The position numbers and the translations under genes are program-made. Shown one piece after another: positions 47,839 to 57,434 of a stretch of 64,000 bases of DNA. The DNA is from an uncultured Spirochaetota bacterium (lineage in GTDB: Bacteria; Spirochaetota; Spirochaetia; SZUA-6; Fen-1364): NCBI GenBank assembly GCA_963845535.1, contig CAWJSK010000015.1:192001-256000 (forward strand), given 5' to 3'. Position 1 is the stretch's first letter. Every line of letters begins with the position of its first letter. The notes under the pieces were generated by a model, which ran no database searches, was not told where the DNA came from, and was given only the letters and a program-made list of their open reading frames with translations.

Positions 47839-49578
47839 CTAAAGAATGGGCGGGCGCGCCGCCGCGCCCTCTTCCCGGCATGCCTTCGACTTCGATTCCG
47901 AGGGGTAGTAGCCCTTGTATTTCTTGAAGAGGGTGTAGAAGTAGTTCACGCTCGTGTAGCCGATCCGGCTGGCGATCTCGCTCGTCTTGAGGGAGGTATA
48001 CCGCAGCAGCTCTTCCGACTTGCGCAGCCGCAGCTCGTTCAGGTAGGTGGTGAAGGACTTGCCCACCGCGCGGTGGAACAGGCGGCCCAGGTACGGAGCG
48101 GAGAGCCCGAACGCGCAGGACAGCACCTTCAGGGAGAGGGGCTCCGCGTAGTTGCGGTTCACGTAGCGCACGGCCCGGTCCGTGATGCTTTCCGTCTGCC
48201 TCTCCCGGGAGAGGATGCGGATCACCTCCTTGGCCAGGCGCTTCATCCACTCCATCGCGTTGCGGGGCGTCTTCTGGTTGAAGAGGTTGCGGTACAGGCT
48301 CTCGTAGTCCCCGAAAATGGCGCGCTCGTCCACGTCGTTGGTCTTCAGGATGTGGATGAGCGTGGAAAGCACCTCGATGCAGAAGCCCCGGAAGAACTCG
48401 GGGCTCATCAGCTCGGAGTCCAGGAGGCTCTGGTAGGCGTCTTCGAAGAAGCGGTCCACCTCCTCCTCGCTGGACTCCCGTACCGCGCGGGCCAGGAGCT
48501 CCAGGGAAACGGAGGAGAACTCGGGTTTCTTCGAGAGGAAGTCCTCCACATTCTTCCGGGTGATGATGTGCTTGGGCAGGTAGACGATGGGCGGGATGTC
48601 CAGGCCGGCGAACCAGTCCGCGGCAATCTTCATGACAAGGGCGCCGTCAGCCTGCGCGGACTGGAACGTGATGGCGTGCAGGCCGCCGTCCTTCACGAGC
48701 TGCATTCCCTTGGGGGTGCTTCCCGCCCCGACACGCACAATATCCTGGCGTCCGGCGGCGCGCACGGCTTCGTTGATCCCGTCCACCAGGATGTCATCGT
48801 CCGGGCTGACGATGCCCCGCAGCTCCCGCCCGTACTGGGCAATCCACGTCTCCACCAGGCGGCGCGCCGCCTGCGGGTCGAAGACGCCCTCGACGCAGGC
48901 CTCCCCCATGGCCAGGCACTTCATGCGGTGCGCCGCCGTGGCCAGCTCCGTTACCACGGACCACGTGCGCGCGTCGTGGCAGGAGGAGCCGGGGATGTGA
49001 CGAATGATCGCGTAGCCGCCCTCGTGCCCCATGAAATCAGCAAACGTGCGCGCCAGCATGCGGAACTGGCCCCAGTCATCCGGCCCGCACCAGGAGATGA
49101 TATAACGGTATGCCTCATCTTCGGGAATGAAGTTGCTGACGATCACGGGCACGCCGCGCGCATGCATCTCCCGGACCCAGGGCGTGCAGGCCGTGGAGCT
49201 GATGGGGACCAGGATGACGAGATCCGGCCTGTCTTCGATGGCGCGCTGGACCTCGCGGTCCTGGCTCTCCTCCGTCATTGCCGCGGTGTAGGTCTGAAGG
49301 CGGGCGCCCACCCGCAGAGCGATCCGCGCAAGCCCTTCGGCGAAGACGACGTGGTAGGGATGGGCGCCAGGCTGGAGGAAGGCGATCCGCTTCCCGCGGG
49401 GTCCGTCGCAGGGAGACTCCGGCATGGGAAGCTTGTCGATGCCCCAGCCTGCATACTCCTCGTCATACCAGTGGCGAGCGTCCTCCCGGGGGTACCGCTC
49501 CGGCCGGTGCGGCCGCAGCGGGATCTCTTTGCTTGGGTTGCTCCAGAATAGAAGGAGCCTGTCGTCGCTGGATACCAT
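47839..49578 (-). CDS. AraC-family regulator with N-terminal periplasmic-binding-protein-type sensor domain
   Basis: C-terminal 'YLGRLF....GKSF..YLN..R...SEELL....LK..EIA..IGY....YF...FKK..G..P'. N-terminal domain aligns with SBP 42888-44093 but has no signal peptide. Confidence 0.9.
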   Translation of the reverse strand: MVSSDDRLLLFWSNPSKEIPLRPHRPERYPREDARHWYDEEYAGWGIDKLPMPESPCDGPRGKRIAFLQPGAHPYHVVFAEGLARIALRVGARLQTYTAAMTEESQDREVQRAIEDRPDLVILVPISSTACTPWVREMHARGVPVIVSNFIPEDEAYRYIISWCGPDDWGQFRMLARTFADFMGHEGGYAIIRHIPGSSCHDARTWSVVTELATAAHRMKCLAMGEACVEGVFDPQAARRLVETWIAQYGRELRGIVSPDDDILVDGINEAVRAAGRQDIVRVGAGSTPKGMQLVKDGGLHAITFQSAQADGALVMKIAADWFAGLDIPPIVYLPKHIITRKNVEDFLSKKPEFSSVSLELLARAVRESSEEEVDRFFEDAYQSLLDSELMSPEFFRGFCIEVLSTLIHILKTNDVDERAIFGDYESLYRNLFNQKTPRNAMEWMKRLAKEVIRILSRERQTESITDRAVRYVNRNYAEPLSLKVLSCAFGLSAPYLGRLFHRAVGKSFTTYLNELRLRKSEELLRYTSLKTSEIASRIGYTSVNYFYTLFKKYKGYYPSESKSKACREEGAAARPPIL

Positions 49579-49678
49579 ACGTGCACGGCGGCGGGAGCGC
49601 CGTTCCGTCACTATAGTCCCGTGAGCTGCCGGAGGAAAGGGGGTTCAGAAGCCCTGCACGTCCGCCCGCTCGGCCGAT

Positions 49679-50296
49679 TCACGCCGGGACCTTCCCGATG
49701 ACGCACACGGTGGGGACTGGCTTCATGCGCTTGAGCTCGACTCGAGCTTCCTGAAAACCGCTCGCAATGAGACGCTCGGATATCCTCTCCCCGGCCTTGA
49801 TGGCGTCCGCTTCCGTGGCGCCCTGGTTTCGGGGCTGATGCGCGATTGCGATGATCCCCCCGGGCCGCATTTGCTCGCGCACCTTCGTGAGCGCGGCAAC
49901 CTGATCACTCCAGAACTGAAAGGAGTTGATGTCGAGCACCCTGTCGACAACTCGATCAAGCAGCGGCAAGCGGGACGCGGAAGCGACCATCAATGTGACA
50001 CGGCCTGCCTTTATCAAGTCACGGTTTCTCCGCGAGGCCTGCCCGAACATCAGCGGTGAATGGTCGACTCCAAATACAAAGCCTCCCGTCGCCAGCCGGC
50101 CCAGCATGTGGATGCCGACGCCCGGTCCATACCCGATTTCCAGGACGCAATCCGTCGGTTGCACGTTCAGGAGAGAAACCGCCCAAGCAATGCGCTCGAG
50201 ATTAGAAGTCCGGTGCGACATGATAAATCCGGCCGCCTTTCCCAGGGTCCCGCTCGGACCACCGAACTGAGATGCCAACCTTTTCCTCAACCCCAT
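49679..50296 (-). CDS. Class I SAM-dependent methyltransferase
   Basis: Motif I 'VLEIGYGPG', 'GVDHS', 'RPGG'. Confidence 0.88.
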   Translation of the reverse strand: MGLRKRLASQFGGPSGTLGKAAGFIMSHRTSNLERIAWAVSLLNVQPTDCVLEIGYGPGVGIHMLGRLATGGFVFGVDHSPLMFGQASRRNRDLIKAGRVTLMVASASRLPLLDRVVDRVLDINSFQFWSDQVAALTKVREQMRPGGIIAIAHQPRNQGATEADAIKAGERISERLIASGFQEARVELKRMKPVPTVCVIGKVPA

Positions 50297-50430
50297 GCCT
50301 TTTTCCTCCGTGCTCAGGCGCCGTGGGTCGCAGCGCGCCGTTCTTCCTCTGCCAGTAAGGACGTGCTCGGTTGTCGCTTATTGCGTGCGGGATCGGGTTG
50401 CTGCCGTTCGCGGAGATGCTGCGTGGTTTC

Positions 50431-51390
50431 TCACCGTGAAGCTTCTTCGAGTTTCCTGTATGCCTCAGTGCCTCGCAGACGGTCATTGTCCCTGGCGTAG
50501 TCGATTGCCATTTTCCCTGCGTTGCTCACCGCCTTTGCAACCGAGCCGGCTTTCAGGAGTATGACGATGACCTCGGGGTTCTGGTTGTCGGCCGCGTACA
50601 TCAGGGGCGTTCGGCCGTCAGTGTCCCGAGCGTTTGGGTCTGCGCCTGCTTTCAAAAGCGTTGTGACCACGTCAGGACTCTGATTGAACTCAGCCGCGTA
50701 AAGGAGTGCGGTCCATCCGTTCGGGTCCCGAGCCGCGATATTCGCACCAGCGTTCAGCAGCTTGATGATTGCCGCGGATCCGCCCTCCCCCCAGGCGGCG
50801 TACATAAGAGGCGTCCGGCCTTCCGAGTCCTGGGCCCTCGGACCAGCGCCGGCCCTGAGGAGCACCTCGATCACCTCCGGGTTCCTGTTGTATTCGGCGG
50901 CGTGCATCAACGGGGTTGCCCGGTTCTTGTCCCGAACGTTCGGGTCGTTGCTGGCTGCCAGGAGCGTTGAGATCACCTCGGGATTCTGGTTGAATGCGGC
51001 AGCATACATGAGCGCTGTCCAGCCGTCCTGGTCCTGTTCCTTGAGGTCGGCGCCGGCGTTCAGGAGAGAAGCAATCACTTCAGGGTTCTTGGTCCACTTG
51101 GCCGCGTACATGAGCGCGGTGGCGCCGTCCTGATCCCGTGCCTTGATATCCGCGCCGGCCTTCACAAGCGCCGTGATGACCTCGGGGTCGCGGTTGCTCC
51201 CGGCCGCATCCATCAGAGGTGTCCAGCCATCTCTCGCCTGCGCATTCACATCCGCGCCATCGCTGATCGCGTTTCGAATCTCTTGCGGCGTCCCGTCAGA
51301 CACGACGCCGAACAAGTCCACACCTTGTGAATGCATGGGTGCAGTTGCAGAAAGAAACACGAGGATGCCAACGACAATCCGCTTTCTCAC
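50431..51390 (-). CDS. Secreted ankyrin-repeat protein
   Basis: Signal peptide from GTG 51390; about seven 'G.T(P/A)LM.AA..N.NPEVI..LL.AGA' repeats. Confidence 0.9.
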   Translation of the reverse strand: MRKRIVVGILVFLSATAPMHSQGVDLFGVVSDGTPQEIRNAISDGADVNAQARDGWTPLMDAAGSNRDPEVITALVKAGADIKARDQDGATALMYAAKWTKNPEVIASLLNAGADLKEQDQDGWTALMYAAAFNQNPEVISTLLAASNDPNVRDKNRATPLMHAAEYNRNPEVIEVLLRAGAGPRAQDSEGRTPLMYAAWGEGGSAAIIKLLNAGANIAARDPNGWTALLYAAEFNQSPDVVTTLLKAGADPNARDTDGRTPLMYAADNQNPEVIVILLKAGSVAKAVSNAGKMAIDYARDNDRLRGTEAYRKLEEASR

Positions 51391-51521
51391 TTTGTTCCGT
51401 CCATAGCCCGCCCCAAACATCGGATCTTTGAGGGGTTGCCCGATCGCTTGGTGCCTCATTATAGCATGGATCAGGGCGGCGCAAGATATCGACTCCACAC
51501 TACAGACATCGACTCCACCCC

Positions 51522-51570
51522 TTGACAAGTGGCAGTTTCTTATGATATCGATTGCGCAATCGATTTCATA
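51522..51570 (+). promoter_or_regulatory. LacI operator palindrome and -35 box
   Basis: TTGACA at 51522; TATGATATCGATTGCGCAATCGATTTCATA (51541-51570) is a near-perfect 30-bp palindrome. Confidence 0.7.
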
Positions 51571-51580
51571 GGGCAATTTC

Positions 51581-52633
51581 GTGGCATCAATAAAGGACGT
51601 CGCCAAACTTGCTGGAGTCTCAGAGTCCACGGTCTCCCGTGTGCTCAACATGTCGCTGCCCGTTGATGAGAGCACCCGCCTGAAGGTCGAAGGCGCCATA
51701 AAGGCGCTCAGCTACAAGCCGAATCTCCTGGCAAAGGGCCTTCGCAGAGGCAGCGGCATGCTGATCGGCCTGATAGTGCCGGAAATCGTGCACCACACCT
51801 TCGCCAGTTTCATCCAGTACATCGAGGAGAGCGTCGTCAAACGCGGGTTCGGCCTCATCGTCGGAAACCACAAGAACAACCCCGATCTGGAAGAAAACTT
51901 CATCGACAACCTTCTGCGGCGAAACGTGGACGGGATCATTTTTTCGCGGGTCTCTGATGAGAGCCGGGTCATGAGGCTCATCAATCGCACCGGCGTCCCG
52001 GTCGTCGTGATCGACCGTGCGGTTGAGCGCGAGGAGGTGGCGAGCGTCGTCCTGGACAATCTCAGGGCCGGATGTCTTGTGGGAGAGCACCTTGGCGCCT
52101 TGGGGCATCACAAGATCGCATGCGTCACGGGACCGCTCAAGATCTCTCTCTGCCGCGAGCGCCTTGCCGGTCTGAACGAGGCTCTCTCACGTTTCAAGAC
52201 CGGCGTTGACGCGGACTGGACCTTCGAGGGGGACTTCAAGTTCGAGTCCGGATACCTCGGCGCGCAGCGGCTCTTTGCCGCCCATCCCGATATCACCGCG
52301 GTCTGGGCGCAGAATGATCTCATGGCTGTCGGGGTGCTGAAATACCTCCTGGAGCATGGCAAGTCGGTTCCCGGGGAGGTCTCCCTGGTTGGAATGGACG
52401 ACATCAGCATTGCCCGGATGATCACTCCGTCGCTCAGCACAGTCACGCAGCCGTTCGCCGAGATTTGCGAACGCGCCGTCGAGCTGCTCCTGCGGCAGAA
52501 GAACGGGGACGGGGCAGGGACGGAAAAGATCGTCATCACCCCTGATCTGGTTGTACGGGATTCCACGACGTTTCAGAGGAAGGAAGGAGACGCCACGGTT
52601 TCGGTTTTCAAACCGCAGGGGAAAGGCGCGTAA
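51581..52633 (+). CDS. LacI-family transcriptional regulator
   Basis: 'SIKDVAKLAGVSESTVSRVLN', 'YKPN', 'VGMDD', 'PSLSTV.QP'. Confidence 0.95.
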   Translation: MASIKDVAKLAGVSESTVSRVLNMSLPVDESTRLKVEGAIKALSYKPNLLAKGLRRGSGMLIGLIVPEIVHHTFASFIQYIEESVVKRGFGLIVGNHKNNPDLEENFIDNLLRRNVDGIIFSRVSDESRVMRLINRTGVPVVVIDRAVEREEVASVVLDNLRAGCLVGEHLGALGHHKIACVTGPLKISLCRERLAGLNEALSRFKTGVDADWTFEGDFKFESGYLGAQRLFAAHPDITAVWAQNDLMAVGVLKYLLEHGKSVPGEVSLVGMDDISIARMITPSLSTVTQPFAEICERAVELLLRQKNGDGAGTEKIVITPDLVVRDSTTFQRKEGDATVSVFKPQGKGA

Positions 52634-52723
52634 GCGCCCGGCACGTTCTATCGCGGATACTGACATGCGCGTGCGTTGCACCGCATCAATAATCCCATTT
52701 CTGGTGCGCAGGAGGTTTCGAGC

Positions 52724-53653
52724 ATGAGCAAAAAACTGGCACTTCTCTTGGTCATCCTGATGGTTCTCCCGCTTGCGGTGTTCGCAGGGGGGACAAAGGA
52801 AGCGGCGGCGCCGAGCGGGATGCTCAGGATAGGGCTGACGCTTCCTGGGCTGCAGTTTCCGTTCTTCGTTACCATGAAGCATGACTTCGACCAGATGGCA
52901 GCCAAGCTGGGCGTCGAAGTCATCTACGTGGATGCGCAGAACGACTCGGCAAAGCAGGCTGCGGCCGTGGAGAGCTTCATTTCGCAGAAGGTGAACGGCA
53001 TCCTCATCTCTCCCATGACAACCGACTCCATTGTTCCCGCCATCGAGGAGGCGGTGAAGGCCGGGATACCCGTGGTCACGGTGGACCGTAAGGCGAACAC
53101 GGATGCGGTGCTCGTGCACGTCGGCGCCGACAACGTGGAGGGCGGCAGGGCCGCCGCCCGGTACGTCGTGCAGAAGCTGAACGGCCACGGCACCATCATC
53201 GAGCTGGAGGGGACCCCCGGCGCCTCCCCGGCAATCGATCGCAAGAAGGGATTCGACGAGGTGATTGCGCAGAACCCCGGCATGAAGATCCTCGTGAGCC
53301 AGGCGGCAGACTTCGACCGCGCAAAGGCCAATACCACGATGGAAAACCTCATGCAGTCGAACCCGAAGTTCGACGCGGTCTTCGGCGCCAACGACGAAGA
53401 GATCATCGGCGCCATCGAAGCGATGTCGGCAGCCGGCATGGACCCGTCGAAGGTCGTGACGGCCGGCTATGACGCCACCCCTGACGCATTCAGCTATATC
53501 AGGCAGGGCAAGCTCGGGGCCACGGTGGACCAGTTCCCTGGGAAGCAGGCGTCCATGGCGCTCAACTATCTGGTGGATTACATCAAGAACAAGACGATGC
53601 CGCCTCAGAAGGTCATCTATATCCAGCCTCAGGCGGTGACATCGGCCCCATAA
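52724..53653 (+). CDS. Ribose-type sugar ABC substrate-binding protein
   Basis: RbsB-like 'PFF', 'IPVVTVDR', 'ADFDR', 'NDEE', 'TVDQ.P'; RBS GGAGG. Confidence 0.9.
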   Translation: MSKKLALLLVILMVLPLAVFAGGTKEAAAPSGMLRIGLTLPGLQFPFFVTMKHDFDQMAAKLGVEVIYVDAQNDSAKQAAAVESFISQKVNGILISPMTTDSIVPAIEEAVKAGIPVVTVDRKANTDAVLVHVGADNVEGGRAAARYVVQKLNGHGTIIELEGTPGASPAIDRKKGFDEVIAQNPGMKILVSQAADFDRAKANTTMENLMQSNPKFDAVFGANDEEIIGAIEAMSAAGMDPSKVVTAGYDATPDAFSYIRQGKLGATVDQFPGKQASMALNYLVDYIKNKTMPPQKVIYIQPQAVTSAP

Positions 53654-53716
53654 AAAGGGCCGGCCGGAAGAGGCCGGCGCCCACGGGCGTCGGCCTCCCT
53701 GGCGCGGACAAGCACG

Positions 53717-55232
53717 ATGGAAACACTGCTGCGAATGGCGGGCATCAGCAAGAGCTTCCCCGGCGTGAACGCGCTCGTCGGCGTCGACTTCGAGCTTCAG
53801 CGGGGGGAGGTGCACGCGCTGGTCGGTGAGAACGGGGCGGGCAAATCCACTCTGATGAAGATCCTCGCCGGCGTCTATCGCGCGGACGAAGGCGAGATAT
53901 GGCTCAAAGGCAGGAAGCTCACCGCCGCTGATCCGCGCGCAATGATCGACGCAGGGGTCAGCGTGATCTACCAGGAGCTGAACCTCGTTCCTTACCTTTC
54001 CGTGGCGGAAAACATCCTCCTTGGCAGAGAGCCGCGCAGACCCGGGGGCTTGATCGACTGGCGCAGGATGCGCCGGGAGGTCGAGGCGCTTCTGGCCCCC
54101 TTCAACCTGTCCCTGGACCCCCGCACGAAGGTCAGCAGGATAGGACCCGCTTACCAGCAGGTTGTGGAGATCGCGAAGGCGCTGTCCCTGAAGGCGGACA
54201 TCATCGTGATGGATGAGCCGACGGCGCCGCTCACGGGAAGCGAGGTGGGCAAGCTTTTCGAGATCATCCGCAACTTGAAGGCGGGAGGGGTGTCCGTTGC
54301 CTACATCTCCCACCGGCTCGAAGAGCTGCACGAGGTGGCGGACCGTGTCACGGTGCTGCGTGACGGCCGGAAGATCATCACCGCCCCGCTCTCCTCTCTG
54401 ACCGTGGACGACATCATCCGCACCATGGTCGGACGGCAGCTCACCGAGCAATACGTGAAGGCCGGCAGCCCTTCCTCGGAGGAGATCCTTCGCGTGGAGG
54501 GCCTGAGCAAACAGGGGGTCTGCTCCGATGTTGCCTTCAGCGTGCACAAGGGGGAAGTCCTCGGCTTCGCCGGCCTTGTCGGCGCAGGACGCACGGAAAT
54601 CATGCAGCTCATCTATGGGTATCGAAGAAAAGACGCGGGCAGGATCTTCATAAAAGGGAAGGAAGTGAAAATCCGCCGCACCCGGGACGCCGTGCGGCAC
54701 GGGATTGCCCTCATTCCCGAGGAACGCAAGAGGCAGGGGCTCATCCTCGGGCTTTCCGTTCTCGACAACTCTGCCCTCACGATCTTCGACTTGCACCACC
54801 GGGCGGGATTCATCCGATGGCGGGAGATCAGACCGGCTTGTCCGTCAGATGGTGAGCAGCCTTGGCATCAGGACCCCGTCCCTTCGCCAGACGGTTCGCA
54901 ACCTCTCCGGCGGGAATCAGCAGAAAGTGGTTCTGTCGAAGTGGTTCGTACGCCGTTGCGACGTGTACATCTTCGACGAGCCAACCCGAGGCATCGACGT
55001 CGGGGCCAAGGTGGAGATCTACAGGCTCATGGAAAACCTCGCGAAGGAGGGGGCCGCCATCATCATGGTCTCCTCGGAGCTCCTGGAGGTCATGAACGTT
55101 CCGAACCGCATCGCCGTGGTGTATGGCGGCCGCATCGTGAAAGAGTTCCAGCGGGGGGAAGCCTCCGAAGAGGAAGTGATGAGCTACGCCCTGGGATTCG
55201 GGGAGAAGCCGTCACCGTCACGAGCGCCGTGA
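53717..55232 (+). pseudogene. Ribose-type ABC ATPase (RbsA-like) interrupted by a +1 frameshift at about 54830
   Basis: Frame 1 reads ...FIRWREI, then an extra A, then the next frame reads DRLVRQM...LSGGNQQK...DEPTRGID. Could be a sequencing error. Confidence 0.8.
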
Positions 55233-55248
55233 CGAAAGGAGTGTTCGA

Positions 55249-56187
55249 ATGAGGATCAACGTCCGCCACATCCTGCGTTCCTATGGAATCCTCATTGCGT
55301 TCGTTCTGATCTGCATCGTCATGACAATCCTCTCACCGGTCTTCCTCACCGTGACGAACGTCCTGAACGTCATCCGGCAGAGCTCGATCTACGGGATCAT
55401 GGCAATCGGGATGACGTTCGTCATCCTCACGGCGGGGATTGACCTTTCCGTGGGGTCCATCCTCGCAATCGCCGGAGCAATCGCGGCGGGCTCCATCAAG
55501 GCCGGCCTCGGCCTTGGACCGGCCATCATCATCACGCTGGCAATCGGCCTTGGATGCGGCCTGGTGAACGGAGCTCTCGTGACCCTGGGCCGCATCACGC
55601 CGTTCGTCGTGACTCTTGGCATGATGAGCATTGCGCGCGGCCTCACCCTCATCTACACGAACGGCTATCCCATCAGCGGCTTCGCGCCGTCGTTTCGCTT
55701 CATTGGCGGGGGTGACCTGCTTGCAATTCCCTTCCCCATCATCATGTTCATTCTGACAACCGTGGCGGCCTGGCTCATCCTCACGCAGACGAGGCTGGGC
55801 CGCTACACGTACGCCATCGGCGGCAACGAGGAGACCGTGAAGCTCTCCGGCATCAATGCAAACTTCTACAAGACCATCGTCTACATGATCTCCGGCTTCA
55901 CCTCCGCCATCAGCGCCCTCATTCTCACCTCGCGGTTGAACTCCGCGGAGCCGGTGGCGGGCACCGGGTACGAGCTTGACGTCATTGCAGCCGTGGTCAT
56001 CGGCGGGACGAGCCTCATGGGTGGACGCGGCGGCGTGTGGGGCACCCTCATCGGGGCGCTTCTGATCGGAGTGATCAACAACGGCATGAACCTGCTGGGT
56101 ATATCGCCCTTCTTCCAGCTCGTCGTCAAAGGACTCATCATTATTGGCGCTGTCCTCCTCGACAGGCTGCGCCAGGAACAGGCCTAA
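55249..56187 (+). CDS. Ribose-type ABC permease (RbsC-like)
   Basis: 'AGIDLSVGS', 'GRYTYAIGGN', 'YELDVIAAVVIGGTS'. Confidence 0.93.
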   Translation: MRINVRHILRSYGILIAFVLICIVMTILSPVFLTVTNVLNVIRQSSIYGIMAIGMTFVILTAGIDLSVGSILAIAGAIAAGSIKAGLGLGPAIIITLAIGLGCGLVNGALVTLGRITPFVVTLGMMSIARGLTLIYTNGYPISGFAPSFRFIGGGDLLAIPFPIIMFILTTVAAWLILTQTRLGRYTYAIGGNEETVKLSGINANFYKTIVYMISGFTSAISALILTSRLNSAEPVAGTGYELDVIAAVVIGGTSLMGGRGGVWGTLIGALLIGVINNGMNLLGISPFFQLVVKGLIIIGAVLLDRLRQEQA

Positions 56188-56208
56188 GGTTTCCAGAGGA
56201 GGTTTTCC

Positions 56209-57426
56209 ATGTCTGTGCGTTCGACTGTTGAGAAGGCTTTGGAGCAGGGCAAGGGGATCCTGCGCCTTGCGCCGAACTGGGTGCCTCGCTCGTTCTGCGT
56301 CCCCGGCAGAAGAATCAAGCTGCACCCTGCGGACTACTATGCGTATGGCGGCGAGCGCGGGGGCATCGACGAACGGTGGTTCTCCTCCACCACGCCGGCG
56401 GACAACGGCCCCAAGACGAGCCCGAACGAGGGCCTGTCCTTCGTTGTCCTGGAGGACGGCGGCAGGACGGAAAAGGTCACGCTTCGCGACGCCGTGGCCG
56501 AGCTGAAAGGCGCAATCATCGGGGAGCGGATCTGGAACAAAGACAAGGCTTGGCCCATGTACTCCAAGTTCTTCGACAACAAAGGAGCGCTCCCCCACCA
56601 CGTGCATCACAGGGACCAGCACGCGAAGCTCGTTCATCAGAGCGGAAAGCCCGAATCGTATTATTTCCCCATTCAGAACAACAACTACGGGGCAGACTAT
56701 CCGTACACCTTCTTCGGCTTGCGGCCCGGAACGACAAAGGACCAGGTGGCCGAGTGCATCCGAAACTTCTCCCACGGGGACAACAAGATCACGAGCCTGT
56801 CCCTGGCTGCGCGCCTGGAGCCGGGGACGGGCTGGGACGTTCCCGCGGGAGTCCTTCATGCCCCCGGCAGCCTGTGCACGTATGAGCCGCAGAAGGCGTC
56901 TGACATCTTCGCCATGTACCAGTCCCTCACCGGGGACGCCATCATCTCCGAAGAGCTTCTGTGGAAGAACACGCCGCCGGACAAGGCTGGAAACGTGGAC
57001 TACATGATCGAAATCCTGGACTGGGAGGCGAACGTGGATCCCTCCTTTGTCGCCCACCACTTCATGGCGCCAAAGCCGGTCAAGCCGGTGAAGCAGATGG
57101 AGGCGGAAGGATACATCGAGAACTGGGTGACGTATAAGTCCACGGAGTTCAGCGCACAAGAGCTCACCGTGCTCCCCGGGAAGACTGTCACCATCCGGGA
57201 CAGCGGCGCGTACGGCATGATCATGCTCCAGGGACACGGGACCATGGGAGTCTGGAACATCGAAACCCCGACTCTCATCAGGTTTGGCCAGCTGACGATG
57301 GATGAGTTCTTCGTGACGGAAAGCGCCGCGAAGGACGGCGTGGTCATCACCAACCCGTCGCACACCGACCCCATCGTCATGCTCAAGCACTTCGGTCCCG
57401 GCAACCCTGATCTGGTGGTGGGCTGA
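56209..57426 (+). CDS. Cupin protein related to class I phosphomannose isomerase
   Basis: 'KFFD...LPHHVH', 'KPESYY', 'VLHAPG', 'YEPQ..SD'. Confidence 0.75.
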   Translation: MSVRSTVEKALEQGKGILRLAPNWVPRSFCVPGRRIKLHPADYYAYGGERGGIDERWFSSTTPADNGPKTSPNEGLSFVVLEDGGRTEKVTLRDAVAELKGAIIGERIWNKDKAWPMYSKFFDNKGALPHHVHHRDQHAKLVHQSGKPESYYFPIQNNNYGADYPYTFFGLRPGTTKDQVAECIRNFSHGDNKITSLSLAARLEPGTGWDVPAGVLHAPGSLCTYEPQKASDIFAMYQSLTGDAIISEELLWKNTPPDKAGNVDYMIEILDWEANVDPSFVAHHFMAPKPVKPVKQMEAEGYIENWVTYKSTEFSAQELTVLPGKTVTIRDSGAYGMIMLQGHGTMGVWNIETPTLIRFGQLTMDEFFVTESAAKDGVVITNPSHTDPIVMLKHFGPGNPDLVVG

Positions 57427-57434
57427 GGCATGCC

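Noticed and set aside
47827..49551. 574-aa plus-strand ORF
   Set aside because: Antisense shadow of the AraC regulator.
51391..51699. N-terminal extension of the ankyrin ORF
   Set aside because: Runs through the LacI promoter and gene; the signal peptide starts at GTG 51390.
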